Below, piece by piece: positions 1-11,556 of a DNA stretch of 64,000 nucleotides (its first letter is position 1; every line of letters starts with the position of its first letter). The DNA comes from Octopus bimaculoides (lineage: Eukaryota): NCBI RefSeq assembly GCF_001194135.2, contig NC_068982.1, positions 44,715,493 to 44,779,492 of the forward strand, read 5' to 3'. The position numbers were made by a program, and so were the translations under genes. The notes below the pieces were generated by a model. It saw only the letters and a list, made by a program, of their open reading frames with translations. It ran no database searches and was not told the DNA's origin.

Positions 1-30
<30 letters not shown>

Positions 31-31
<1 letters not shown>

Positions 32-424
32 CTTTTACTTGTTTCAGTCATTTGACTACGGCTATGCTGGAACACCGCCTTTAGAGTCGAGCAATTCAAC
101 CCGAGAGTTTATTCTTTGTAAGCCTAGTACATATTCTATCGATCTCTTTTGCCGAACCGCAAAGTACGGGGACGCAAACACACCACCATGGGTTGTCAAG
201 CGATGCTGGGGAGACAAACAAACACACAAACATATACACACAAATACATATATACAATATTCCACGGGCTTCTTCCAGTTTCCGTCTACCAAATCCACTC
301 ACAAAGCTTTGGTCAGCCCGAGGCTATAGTAGAAGACACCTGCCCAACGTGTCATGCAGTAGGACTAAACCCGGGACCATGTGGTTGGTAAGCAAGCTAC
401 TTACCACACAGCCACTCCTGCGCC
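31..424 (-). mobile_element. tRNA-derived SINE, family A (abundant octopus-type SINE), full length
   Basis: Reverse complement of the 11557-11945 copy: tRNA-like head GGCGCAGGAGTGGCTGTGTGGTAAG ... GGTTTAGTCC, internal (TA)/(CA) tract, tail ...GACTGAAACAAGTAAAAGA. Confidence 0.9.
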
Positions 425-431
425 TGTATAT

Positions 432-479
<48 letters not shown>

Positions 480-510
480 GTATGCATGTATGTATATATA
501 TATATATATA

Positions 511-865
511 TAATTAAGGGATCAGCAACAGTTGCTTCACTGATGAGGAAATGAAAAGTTTTCACTTTTCTAAGCCAGAAACGCGTCTATGATTAACTAA
601 GACTGGTTAGTTTCGTTATTTTTTCTTCTTGTTTTGCCTTTGTGAGTTACAAGTATTGCTATCTGTTGGAGTTTCAGCACTTTAGCTGCTATTTCTGACT
701 TCGGTATGTGGTGAAGCAACTGTTGCTGATCCCTTAATTATGTTTATAAATGTATAAGAACTTTTAAATAAGTTCTTCACTGATAATGGTATTTACATAC
801 CGAAGGGCTTGGTAAAAATTATTAATTATTAATCTATTAATAAATTAATAATCCTTTACCCTTTT
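511..865 (+). mobile_element. Penelope-like terminal-repeat (pLTR) fragment with hammerhead motif and a 30-bp inverted 5' segment
   Basis: Hammerhead core at 540-587; 511-540 is the exact reverse complement of 711-740; 660-865 is homologous (inverted) to 6969-7175. Confidence 0.6.
540..590 (+). ncRNA. Minimal type I hammerhead-like motif (stem I disrupted)
   Basis: CTGATGA 540-546; GAAAC 578-582, GC, GTC 585-587 (ACGCGT palindrome). Stem I partner is missing because the 5' flank is the inverted segment. Confidence 0.55.
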
Positions 866-867
866 AT

Positions 868-1156
868 TTGGTTGTGAGTTCGAATCCCGGACCGGGCTGC
901 GTGTTGTGTTCTTGAGCAAGACACTTTATTTCACGTTACTCCAGTTCACTCAGCTGTAGAAATGAGTTGCGACATTACTGGTACCAAGCTGTATCGGCCT
1001 TTGCCTTTCCCTTGGATAACACTGATGGCGTGGAGAGGAGAGGTCAGTATTCATGGGCGACTGCTGGTCTTCCTTAAACAACCTTGCCCGGACTTGTGCC
1101 AGAGAGGGTAACTTTCTAGGTGCAATCCCATGGTCAGTCATGACCGAAGGGGGTTT
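868..1156 (+). mobile_element. tRNA-derived SINE, family D (5'-truncated)
   Basis: B-box GTTCGAATCC; body and tail (..GGTGCAATCCCATGGTCAGTCATGACCGAAGGGGG) match the reverse complement of 41851-42184. Confidence 0.85.
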
Positions 1157-1220
1157 CAGCAATATGTATATCTGTATATATATATATGTATATATATATA
1201 TAGATATATCTATCTATCTG

Positions 1221-1252
<32 letters not shown>

Positions 1253-1356
1253 NNNNNNNNNNTTGAATATTTTTATTTATTTTTTTTACCCCCCTAAACT
1301 TGAAGATTACCAAAAAACCAAGGCTGTGAAGATTTTAGAACATTTATAGATAGAAG

Positions 1357-1404
1357 GCCTTACAGCCGTTTCTAAGATATTTATTATATCCTTTCATCGG
1401 AGAC
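1357..1404 (-). ncRNA. Minimal hammerhead-like motif, U4C core variant (left arm)
   Basis: Minus strand: GTCT-CCGATGA-AAGGATATAATAAATATCTTA-GAAAC-GGCT-GTA-AGGC; stem I 4 bp including one G-U. Confidence 0.55.
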
Positions 1405-1956
1405 AGTGTGAGAGAATGGTTAAGCAATAGTTAATTTAGATAAGATACGAAATAGGGAGTGAAGTGGCGGAATGAAAATAGATGTGAGATATGCAGGGAT
1501 ATTGTATGTGTAGATCCATTATTTAAGCAGAATGGTATACATATAAGATTCCAATACCTTGTGAGTAAATTTCAATAGTATTTAAAATTGCTTATTCCAA
1601 GTATAGAGTTTGTACACAATGCTATTGAATCGAGGGTTTTATTTAAAATGACTTAAAAGTAGGGAATGTTTTCGATTTGACCTTACAAATACATTCCCTA
1701 CTTTTAGGTCACTTTACATAAAACCTTCGATTCAATAACACTGTGTACAAACTCTATACTTGGAATAACCAATTTTAAATACTATTGGAATTTACTCACA
1801 AGGTATTGGAATCTTATATGTATACCATTCTGCTTAAATAATGGATCTGCAAATGCAATATCCCTGCATATCTCACATCTATTTTCATTCCGCCACTTCA
1901 CTCTCTATTTCGTATCTTATCTAAATTAACTATTGCTTAACCATTTTCTCACACCA

Positions 1957-2002
1957 TCTCCGATGAAGGGATATAACAAATATCCGGGAAACAGCTGTAA
2001 GA
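1957..2002 (+). ncRNA. Minimal hammerhead-like motif, U4C core variant (right arm)
   Basis: TCT-CCGATGA(1960-1966)-AG-GGATAT/AACAA/ATATCC-GG-GAAAC(1988-1992)-AGCT-GTA-AGA; ACAGCTGT palindrome. Confidence 0.65.
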
Positions 2003-2709
2003 CCTATTTGTAAATATTCTAAAATATTCACAGCGTTGGTTTTTTTTTATCTCATTCTGAAATTTTTTTTTTTATATATACACATGCTGATATATGACCT
2101 ACGTTGGACTCCTTATTCGCATAATCACCGAACGTGGAGCTTATCTATAGTCTATCCATAGCACTTACTCAGCATTACCTAACACCTTTGGGTCTTATTA
2201 ACACCATTACCTTTCATAACCTCTATGTATATATATATANNNNNNNNNNNNNNNNNNNNNNNNNNNNNNNNNNNNNNNNNNNNNNNNNNNNNNNNNNNNN
2301 NNNNNNNNNNNNNNNNNNNNNNNNNNNNNNNNNNNNNNNNNNNNNNNNNNNNNNNNNNNNNNNNNNNNNNNNNNNNNNNNNNNNNNNNNNNNNNNNNNNN
2401 NNNNNNNNNNNNNNNNNNNNNNNNNNNNNNNNNNNNNNNNNNNNNNNNNNNNNNNNNNNNNNNNNNNNNNNNNNNNNNNNNNNNNNNNNNNNNNNNNNNN
2501 NNNNNNNNNNNNNNNNNNNNNNNNNNNNNNNNNNNNNNNNNNNNNNNNNNNNNNNNNNNNNNNNNNNNNNNNNNNNNNNNNNNNNNNNNNNNNNNNNNNN
2601 NNNNNNNNNNNNNNNNNNNNNNNNNNNNNNNNNNNNNNNNNNNNNNNNNNNNNNNNNNNNNNNNNNNNNNNNNNNNNNNNNNNNNNNNNNNNNNATATAT
2701 GTATGTATG

Positions 2710-3561
2710 TGCCCATATATGCATGTATAAACAAACATATATATGTACATATATATGTGCATGTATGCATATATATTCATATATTATTTATATTATTATA
2801 TGGTTGAACGCCACGCATCCATTTCCAAGTAAGTTTTATCTTAATAACTCCGATGCGACATTTCCTATCTCTTTCTGTCTCTTTTCCTCCCTCTTTCTCT
2901 TCTTTTCTCTCTTCTTTTTATCTTCTCTTCTCTCTCTTTCTTTCCCCCTGTCTGTCCCTCTTTCTCCCTCACTCTTCCACTTTTGCTCTCTCGTTGCTCG
3001 CATGTGACCGTCGCCCATCTTTCTTTTCCTAACTTGAATTTCCTTCTTTCTCTCTGATCAGCCACAGGGAAGGGACGCATTCTTGTCTCTCTCCTGTCAG
3101 AACTTGTTTCTCCGCGTCCACTAACTCAACTCGTCTAGGATTACCAGCACTTCCTGTTTGTTTTCACTGTCTTGTTTTTGTTACCAAATTTGACCCTCCA
3201 CAAAATCCAAAATTTTATTTAACTTGCTTTGCGGGAGCAACTGTTATGTCGAAAACGTATCTTGTTGGGAATTGCTCGAAATACGAAGTAGAAAAACAGC
3301 CAGCAATTGATGAAGGGTCGTTTGTCATGTTACTTGTCTTGTTTCCCATTTGTTTCTTTCATTGTTCGCAAAAAAACAATCGTATTTCATGTTTTCGTTT
3401 TTCGTATTTCATGTTGCTTACGTTCCATGGTGTTCTGGGCCCATATATGCATGTATATACAAATATACGCATGTACATATATATGTGTATGTCTGCATAT
3501 AAATATATATATTACTTGCATTATTATATGATTGGACGCCACGCATCCATTTCCAAGTAAG

Positions 3562-3565
<4 letters not shown>
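2710..3565 (+). repeat. Diverged ~125-bp direct repeat pair (~2710-2838 and ~3440-3565)
   Basis: Shared GCCCATATATGCATGTAT ... ACGCCACGCATCCATTTCCAAGTAAG in both copies, ~730 bp apart. Confidence 0.8.
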
Positions 3566-3597
<32 letters not shown>

Positions 3598-4377
3598 NNN
3601 NNNNNNNNNNNNNNNNNNNNNNNNNNNNNNNNNNNNNNNNNNNNNNNNNNNNNNNNNNNNNNNNNNNNNNNNNNNNNNNNNNNNNNNNNNNNNNNNNNNN
3701 NNNNNNNNNNNNNNNNNNNNNNNNNNNNNNNNNNNNNNNNNNNNNNNNNNNNNNNNNNNNNNNNNNNNNNNNNNNNNNNNNNNNNNNNNNNNNNNNNNNN
3801 NNNNNNNNNNNNNNNNNNNNNNNNNNNNNNNNNNNNNNNNNNNNNNNNNNNNNNNNNNNNNNNNNNNNNNNNNNNNNNNNNNNNNNNNNNNNNNNNNNNN
3901 NNNNNNNNNNNNNNNNNNNNNNNNNNNNNNNNNNNNNNNNNNNNNNNNNNNNNNNNNNNNNNNNNNNNNNNNNNNNNNNNNNNNNNNNNNNNNNNNNNNN
4001 NNNNNNNNNNNNNNNNNNNNNNNNNNNNNNNNNNNNNNNNNNNNNNNNNNNNNNNNNNNNNNNNNNNNNNNNNNNNNNNNNNNNNNNNNNNNNNNNNNNN
4101 NNNNNNNNNNNNNNNNNNNNNNNNNNNNNNNNNNNNNNNNNNNNNNNNNNNNNNNNNNNNNNNNNNNNNNNNNNNNNNNNNNNNNNNNNNNNNNNNNNNN
4201 NNNNNNNNNNNNNNNNNNNNNNNNNNNNNNNNNNNNNNNNNNNNNNNNNNNNNNNNNNNNNNNNNNNNNNNNNNNNNNNNNNNNNNNNNNNNNNNNNNNN
4301 NNNNNNNNNNNNNNNNNNNNNNNNNNNNNNNNNNNNNNNNNNNNNNNNNNNNNNNNNNNNNNNNNNNNNNNNNNNNN

Positions 4378-4442
4378 CTTGTCACTTTGGGCAAGTGTCT
4401 TCTACTATAGCCTCGGGCCGACCAAATTGAAACAAGCCCGTC

Positions 4443-4503
<61 letters not shown>

Positions 4504-4700
4504 CATATATATATACATATGACAAGCTTCTTTCAGTTTTCTTCTACCAAAATCCACTCACAAGGGCTTAGTCGGCCCAAGGCTATAGTAAAAGACACTT
4601 GCCTAAGGTGCGAGGCTGGGTTCTGTCCCACAGCGTGGCACCTTATGCAAGTGTCTTCTTCTATACCTTCGGGCCGACTAAGCCCATGTGAGTGGATTTT
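4378..4700. mobile_element. Family A SINE fragments in both orientations around a (GT)n tract
   Basis: GGCAAGTGTCTTCTACTATAGCCTCGGGCCGACCAAA at ~4389-4425 (+) and its reverse complement at ~4530-4600. Confidence 0.75.
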
Positions 4701-6194
4701 GAAGGATCATGGCCTCATTACATAAAAGCATGTTTGTAAGCGTGGGCATTTGAAAAACAGAATCATTTGCATTTACAAAGATATTGCAGAGACAATACAT
4801 AAACAGCATTATATATTTACATACAAATTAATATATATATGTTTATATTTTTCCTTCTCTATGCCTTCCTGTTTTCCTTTCTAACGAAGAGCTATGCTCC
4901 TAACTTCAAAATCCCTCTCTTTTTAATGTCTTTAATGAGCATCGAACTAATCATTCCATGTGCACGACCTGTTGTTGTTTAGTTATTATTATTTTAAATA
5001 TTCGATTATTCGATTTCTGTGTGTGTGTGCGTGAGTGTGTGTGTGTGTATATGAATAATATATAAATATTCATAATAGATATAAATGTATATATATATAT
5101 ATATGCGTGTGTGTGTGTGTGTATGTGTGTGTGTGTGTATGTGTATGTGTGTGTGTGTGTACATTATATATANNNNNNNNNNNNNNNNNNNNNNNNNNNN
5201 NNNNNNNNNNNNNNNNNNNNNNNNNNNNNNNNNNNNNNNNNNNNNNNNNNNNNNNNNNNNNNNNNNNNNNNNNNNNNNNNNNNNNNNNNNNNNNNNNNNN
5301 NNNNNNNNNNNNNNNNNNNNNNNNNNNNNNNNNNNNNNNNNNNNNNNNNNNNNNNNNNNNNNNNNNNNNNNNNNNNNNNNNNNNNNNNNNNNNNNNNNNN
5401 NNNNNNNNNNNNNNNNNNNNNNNNNNNNNNNNNNNNNNNNNNNNNNNNNNNNNNNNNNNNNNNNNNNNNNNNNNNNNNNNNNNNNNNNNNNNNNNNNNNN
5501 NNNNNNNNNNNNNNNNNNNNNNNNNNNNNNNNNNNNNNNNNNNNNNNNNNNNNNNNNNNNNNNNNNNNNNNNNNNNNNNNNNNNNNNNNNNNNNNNNNNN
5601 NNNNNNNNNNNNNNNNNNNNNNNNNNNNNNNNNNNNNNNNNNNNNNNNNNNNNNNNNNNNNNNNNNNNNNNNNNNNNNNNNNNNNNNNNNNNNNNNNNNN
5701 NNNNNNNNNNNNNNNNNNNNNNNNNNNNNNNNNNNNNNNNNNNNNNNNNNNNNNNNNNNNNNNNNNNNNNNNNNNNNNNNNNNNNNNNNNNNNNNNNNNN
5801 NNNNNNNNNNNNNNNNNNNNNNNNNNNNNNNNNNNNNNNNNNNNNNATATATGTTTGTATGTATGTATGTATGTATGTATGTAAGTGAGTATACGCACTT
5901 ACATATACATGCATACATACATATACATGTGTATATATATATATATGTATGTACGTACGTTCTTATCTACATAGATACTTACATAGATATGCATATATAT
6001 ATAGATGTGTGTGTGTGTGTATATACACACACGCGCAGGCACATACACGTATCATATGTGTATGTGTATACATGTATATGTATGTGTGTGTGTGTGCGTA
6101 TGTGTGTGTGTGTGTGTCTGTCTGTGCGTGTACGTGCGGTCTGCGCACGCGCTTATACGCTAAGATATACATAATGGTAGTCTCTCATAGTCTG

Positions 6195-6440
6195 AGAGAG
6201 ACAGTTCTGCAATTTCTTGCCGAACAACCTGCTCAAACGATTTATTTTCATAGTGACCAATTGTATGTGCCGCAAATTAACTCACCAATTCCATCAAATC
6301 AAACGTTGCCTGAACAGTTGTCCTGTGCGCCGCAGGTGTCGAAGCAATCGCAGGGCAACGTGAGGTGCTCAAGAACACAACGCAACGCACCCTCCGGTGC
6401 TGCGACCGTGGATGCAACATCCTACCTACTCGGCCATACT
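6195..6440 (-). mobile_element. tRNA-derived SINE, family C (degenerate)
   Basis: Reverse complement resembles 41530-41795 (TTGATGGAA..GAGTTAAT..TTGATCACTAT..AATAAATC..GTTGTTC.GCAAGAAATT.CAGAAC). Confidence 0.65.
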
Positions 6441-6548
6441 TTATCACATACATTAACATACATACATACATACATACATACATACATGCATGCATACATA
6501 CATACATACATACATACATACATACATGCATGCATGCATGCATCTATT

Positions 6549-6621
<73 letters not shown>

Positions 6622-6968
6622 TATAACAATAAAGGAAACTAAGAAGGCGGCTTATATTCACAATCAAAATTATTAGCTGGACGTTAAGAGATACAGACGG
6701 ATTTATGACCTTTCGAACATTTGTGTTCTTCAGAATAAAGCGTTAAATGATAGGAGAGGAGGGAAGATGAGAAAAGATTACAGGATTAATTGTTGCGAAA
6801 ATGCCACATGAAGTTTGTCGTGCTTACGCTGATACAGACTTGTGCATGTAGGTGTGTAGGCGTGTGCCTTTGTCCCTATAAGCATGTGGGCGTTTCTGCG
6901 TGTTTGTGTGTAGATATATATATATAGTATATATATATATATATATATATATACTATATATATAAATA

Positions 6969-7175
6969 TAGGGTAAAGGATTATTAATTTATTAATAAAT
7001 TAATAATTAATAATTCTTACCAAGTAGTTCGGTATGTAAAAAACCATTATCGGTAATGAACTTATTTCAAAAGTTCTTTTAAAATTATAAACATAAATAA
7101 GGTATCAGCAACAGTTGCTTCACCACATACCGAAATTTAGAAGTAGCAGTTAAAGTGCTAATTCTAAAATAAGTC
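6969..7175 (-). mobile_element. Second copy of the pLTR-type repeat seen at 660-865
   Basis: AGGGTAAAGGATTATTAATTTATTAAT ... ATCAGCAACAGTTGCTTCACCACATACCGAA matches the reverse complement of 660-865. Confidence 0.85.
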
Positions 7176-7571
7176 TCTGTTTCCAGTTGTTATAGATACA
7201 TTACTGGTAGGTTTACTTAACTGATCTATTTATCAGTTGAGAAAAATTACACCACCTAAAAAAATTAATGCTACTTTCGTCAGAGCCATTTCTGCTTATA
7301 ACAAAGCAGAACATTGAAGGAATGATGAGTGCATGAGGAAGAGAGGAAAAGATAGAAAGATATAAGTAGAATAGAGAAAAGAGGAAGACAGATTGCATAT
7401 ACTTGTATGTGTGTGTGTGTATCAACGCACTTAAGATTTGTTAAAACATGTTTGTGACATTTTAACTTGTAAAGGCAAATTCACTGGTGTTACCGTGGAA
7501 AAAAAGAGATTTTTCTCTTAAGGTAAACAGTGTAAAAACACCATATCTGCCCAGTGCTTCCCTCTAGCGGA

Positions 7572-7616
7572 TTCCCAGACGCACGTTTCTGGCTCTTTAA
7601 CCTTCCTCAATGGGAA
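7572..7616 (-). ncRNA. Minimal type I hammerhead, C3U variant
   Basis: TTCCCA-TTGAGGA-A-GGTT/AAAG/AGCC-A-GAAAC-GTGC-GTC-TGGGAA: 6-bp stem I, 4-bp stem II, 3-bp stem III with 2-nt loop, GUC triplet. Confidence 0.75.
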
Positions 7617-7909
7617 ATACTGAAGAGAGATAAACAGGGGCATAATCAAAGCCGTAGCTTTAACAAAAAAAAAACAGTCAACGTCAGTGACTAAGTTGCG
7701 TTACTGGACCGCTTGGTCGGAATAAAAATAGCAGCATCACCGTCAAGCAGTGATTAGAAATCTATGAACTTTAGGTTAGTTAAAATGTGTTTGTGACATA
7801 TTTTAACTTCTAATGGTAAAGTCACTGCAGTTACCGTAGAGAAAAAAATTCTCTCTTATTGTAAAAGGTGTAGAAACACCATATCTGCTCAGTGTTTCCC
7901 CTTAACAGA

Positions 7910-7954
7910 TTCTCATACGCGCATTTCTGGCTTTTTAGCTTTTCTCAATGGGAA
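7910..7954 (-). ncRNA. Minimal type I hammerhead, U3-A8 variant
   Basis: TTCCCA-TTGAGAA-AA-GCT/AAAA/AGC-CA-GAAAT-GCGC-GTA-TGAGAA: stem I 5 of 6 pairs, GCGC palindrome, GUA triplet. Confidence 0.65.
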
Positions 7955-7993
7955 ATACCGAAGTGCCATGAAATTACTCACACACACGCACAC

Positions 7994-8034
<41 letters not shown>

Positions 8035-8074
8035 TGGCTTGCTCGCAGTTTCCACCTACCATATCATTCCACTC

Positions 8075-8165
8075 GTAAGGCATTCGACAGTTGCCCAAAG
8101 TGCTGCGCAGTGGGATTGAGCACAGAACCATGTGGTTGCGAAGCGACTTAATTAGCCATACAACC
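8075..8165 (-). mobile_element. Family A SINE head fragment
   Basis: TTGCCCAAAGTGCTGCGCAGTGGGATTGAGCACAGAACCATGTGGTTG is the reverse complement of the family A head. Confidence 0.7.
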
Positions 8166-8197
8166 ATACCCACACGCAATTTGTGCACGAGCACGCG

Positions 8198-8240
<43 letters not shown>

Positions 8241-8889
8241 CTAATTTTATTTATAAGTATATTATAACTACATTTATATTGTGCGTGTAGCATCATGCCT
8301 TATTAGACATTATTATTGCAATTTTGTATTACTGCTGCATCAGCTATTGTATCTTAGACTTATTATTATATTATGTTTGTTAGTTTGAAATGCCCAAATT
8401 TTTATTACAGCTTTGGCTACAAAAAGAATTTGCCTTATTAAAAGTCTATTACAGAAAACTGAATAGCGTTGAATTGAATATGCTTGTACTATGGTGAATA
8501 TGCAATAAAAATTAGGAAGAAGTGTGAAATAAAACAGAGAGATTTCCCTCTTCTATAAATAAATTGTCTATGTAATAAATCAATATTTGTTGAATAATGT
8601 GGCGGTATTGGTGGCTAAATAGTAAAGCGTCTGACTAAAAGCAATACATTTCATCGTCCTTGTCACTTCAGAATCCGAAACCCGTTAGGGTCGCCATTCA
8701 CTTTTATCCTTTATGATGATAAGGAGAGACAAATAATACTTGAATGACTAAATCTATTACATCCTTCCATTAACAAATTTGGCTCTGAGGTTTGTCAGAA
8801 TAAGTTTATACTTTATAAATAGATATAGACAGGATTCTTTTTTAATCTTGTGTAATGACTTTTAAGTTTATGTCTGCATAATTGCAAGC

Positions 8890-9292
8890 TTGGCTCGTAG
8901 GAGTCGGCATCGCTGTGTGGTTAACAAACTCGCATTTCAACCAGGTGGTTTCTGTTTTCAGGTTCTGTCCCACTATGCGGCACCTTGGGCGGGTGCTTTC
9001 TGCAGTAACCCCAAACTGACCAATGTTTTATGAGTGAATTTGGTAGACGGAGATTGTGTGGAAGCCAGTCGTATATATGTGTGTATGTGTAAGTATGTGT
9101 ATGTGCTTCTTTGTGCTTATCCACCTCTTGACAACCGTTGTTCGTTTGTTTATGTTCCCGCAACATAGCGGTTCGGCGAAAAAAGACCGATAAATAGGTA
9201 CCAAACTTAATAAATAAATACTGGAGTCGATCTGTTCGACTACACTCTTTCAAGGTTCCGCAGCAGGGCCACAGATTATTGACTGAAACAGA
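8890..9292 (+). mobile_element. Family A SINE, older diverged full-length copy
   Basis: Head, internal microsatellite, TAGCGGTTCGGC..GACCGAT.AAT..GTAC block and GACTGAAACA tail in the expected order. Confidence 0.8.
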
Positions 9293-10107
9293 AAAATATC
9301 AGAAGCGACTATCTCGTTGATACGAAATTGATCAAATTTAATACAGTTCCACGCTCAAAATTGAACCTCTTTAAATGAGATTCAATTTAAATCAAAGAAT
9401 GGAATTCTCACGCTTCATATAGTTACAGTTCCTAAAATTACATTTTGGTGCGGTAAATTACTCCAGCTTTTTGGCTGGTGATTGACATCTACTACGACTA
9501 TGACCTTCAAATGAAAACTCACTTTATAGGTCAACTCCATTTTGTCTTTTATTCGTATCTCCTGTCATTCTTATCATGTATAAATTGCAAAATTTGAAAG
9601 TTTGCAATGTTTTGAATAAAGAGATCGAATAAGCATTTTTAAATCCTTTTGGCTGGATACACGGGTTCATATTGGGAGGAAGAGGATACGGGAATTTGAA
9701 ATATTCGTGCCTTTGCAATGTGTGTTATTGAAATTAATTAGCTTCAACTGGGATTCGAAACACTATTCACGGACTTATTTTACTGGTCATTTAAATGTTC
9801 GCCTTAACCTTTGGACATATTTCCCTGGTCCAAGCATCACATATGATACACACTCTCAATACTTGTTTTCATCTACCCGAGTAACTTGAGGCTTTTGAAA
9901 GAGGGAGTTTTGCATTACTCAAAACGTATGAAACAAGGGCCAGCTAAACGTCTGAAAACAAGGATGAACATTTTAAGACAAACTAATGAAAATGCTTTGG
10001 ACAGATATAGGGCTAAGCGAAGCATAATTTGTGAAAGAAGTCGATTTACGGTGGAAGTTCGTCGCAACTTTCTTTCTGTTATGTAATCAAAAGAAATATT
10101 TGACCCG

Positions 10108-10445
10108 AAGATTAGTCTGTGTGGCTATGAAGTGGGTTTTGCAACCACGTGGTTTCGGGTTCAGTCCTTGTGGGGGCACCTTGGGCAAATGTGTTCTACT
10201 ATAACCCCGGGCTGAATAATGCCTTGTGAGGGATTTTGATTGACGAAAACTGTGAAAGCCTGAAAGCCCATCGTTGTTTGTTTCTTTACGTCCCCATAAC
10301 TCGGTAGCTCGACAAAAGAAAACGATATGATAAGTATCATACTTTAAAAATAAGCATTAGGTCGATTTGTCCAATTGAACTCCTCGAGGTAGTGCCCAAA
10401 CACGGCCGCAATCCAATGAGCGAAACAAGTAAAAATATATAGGAT
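10108..10445 (+). mobile_element. Family A SINE, diverged, internal deletion
   Basis: AACCACGTGGTTTCGGGTTCAGTCC .. CACCTTGGGCAA .. GCGAAACAAGTAAAA. Confidence 0.75.
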
Positions 10446-10769
10446 AAAAGGAAAGAAACTAAAATGTAAATCAAATGTTTTTTGTTTTTTTCTCACGGTG
10501 TGTTTTCAGTATTTGTATTTCCTCCATAAACTGTTCTAACCAACAATATCTGTGGAACATGTGTAGCATGTATTTTCCACAACTATCTTCGCCACTGTTA
10601 TCTGAATGATTTTACGTTGCATGGACGTATATACAAATATGGCTATTTCTTTTCGTTTTTCGTATAACCCATAATTCGCACAGTATGTAACATGTTGAAC
10701 AGTGTTACGTGATTTACCTCGCATGCTAATAACTCACAGAAAAGCAAAATTTCGAAATAACACTCCAAA

Positions 10770-10813
<44 letters not shown>

Positions 10814-10823
10814 NNNNNNNNNN

Positions 10824-10868
<45 letters not shown>

Positions 10869-11556
10869 CAAACTAAAACAAATTATAAATATGCGTTTCT
10901 TAAACAAATATTGAACATCCTAATTTCACTATATTTTTTTAGATATTAAAGTGGACTATTATATTAAGTAATCATAAAATCAAACTCAATAAATTTTGTC
11001 AAAATTAATGTTACCTAACATTTCGCTCTGTGGATACGTTGAATGGTGTTTGGAAATACAGGTAATACGGTGAATAATTGAAAAGAATTTATTAACAATA
11101 TATATGAAAGTGGTTGAAACGATTCAATCGATAGGCTACCGGTAGATTTTTCAGAAGGTCAGTGGCTCATATCCTATCATTAATACAACGTTGTATCCAT
11201 TCGTGGTCAAGTTATTTAACTCTGCCTTAGATTATTTTCATAAGCCTGTCCTAAACGCCCATGCTTCTTTTCAGACTTTTAGTTAACCCTTGATTCATAT
11301 GTTCTGAGCTTAGGAAACTTCCCTTCATATTCGGGTGGCAGAAAAAAATTAGGAATGTGTATCATATATGATGCATGGACTTCAGGGAAATATGCCCCGT
11401 GTATCACATGTCATAAACGGGATATATTCTCCTTCTCTGTCTGTCCTGTGTATCACATTTGATGCACATGACACACAGAGGCTAACTCTCTCAAACAGTG
11501 TATTCCACCTACCAGCGCTGTTAAAACAGACAAATAGTTCACTATTTTGAAGAATA

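Larger units (their letters stand above)
1312..2046. repeat. Long fold-back inverted repeat (~360-bp arms, ~21-nt spacer at ~1670-1690) of a hammerhead-bearing pLTR-type unit
   Basis: Arms align in reverse complement along their length (e.g. GTAGGGAATGT / ACATTCCCTAC at the centre), roughly 85-90% identical by eye. Confidence 0.95.
7440..7962 (-). repeat. Tandem pair of ~185-bp diverged direct repeats (7440-7625, 7780-7962; period ~338 bp), each carrying a hammerhead motif
   Basis: Shared GTTTGTGACAT..TTAACTT..GTTACCGT..AACACCATATCTGC..CTCAATGGGAAATAC; about 80% identical by eye. Confidence 0.9.

Noticed and set aside
518-733. TTAA-GGG...CCC-TTAA resembling a Kolobok or piggyBac MITE
   Set aside because: Homology with 6969-7175 continues through the right TTAA to 865, so the TTAA is internal to a longer repeat.
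4878-4910. CTAACGA-A-GAGC/TAT/GCTC-CTAAC-TTC-AAA as an active ribozyme
   Set aside because: Both core segments are mutated; kept only as a decayed relative of 31304-31340.
5949-6626. 225-aa ORF with a protein-like middle (MVVSHSLRETVLQFLAEQPAQ...)
   Set aside because: The middle is the antisense strand of a family C SINE and the ends are microsatellite.
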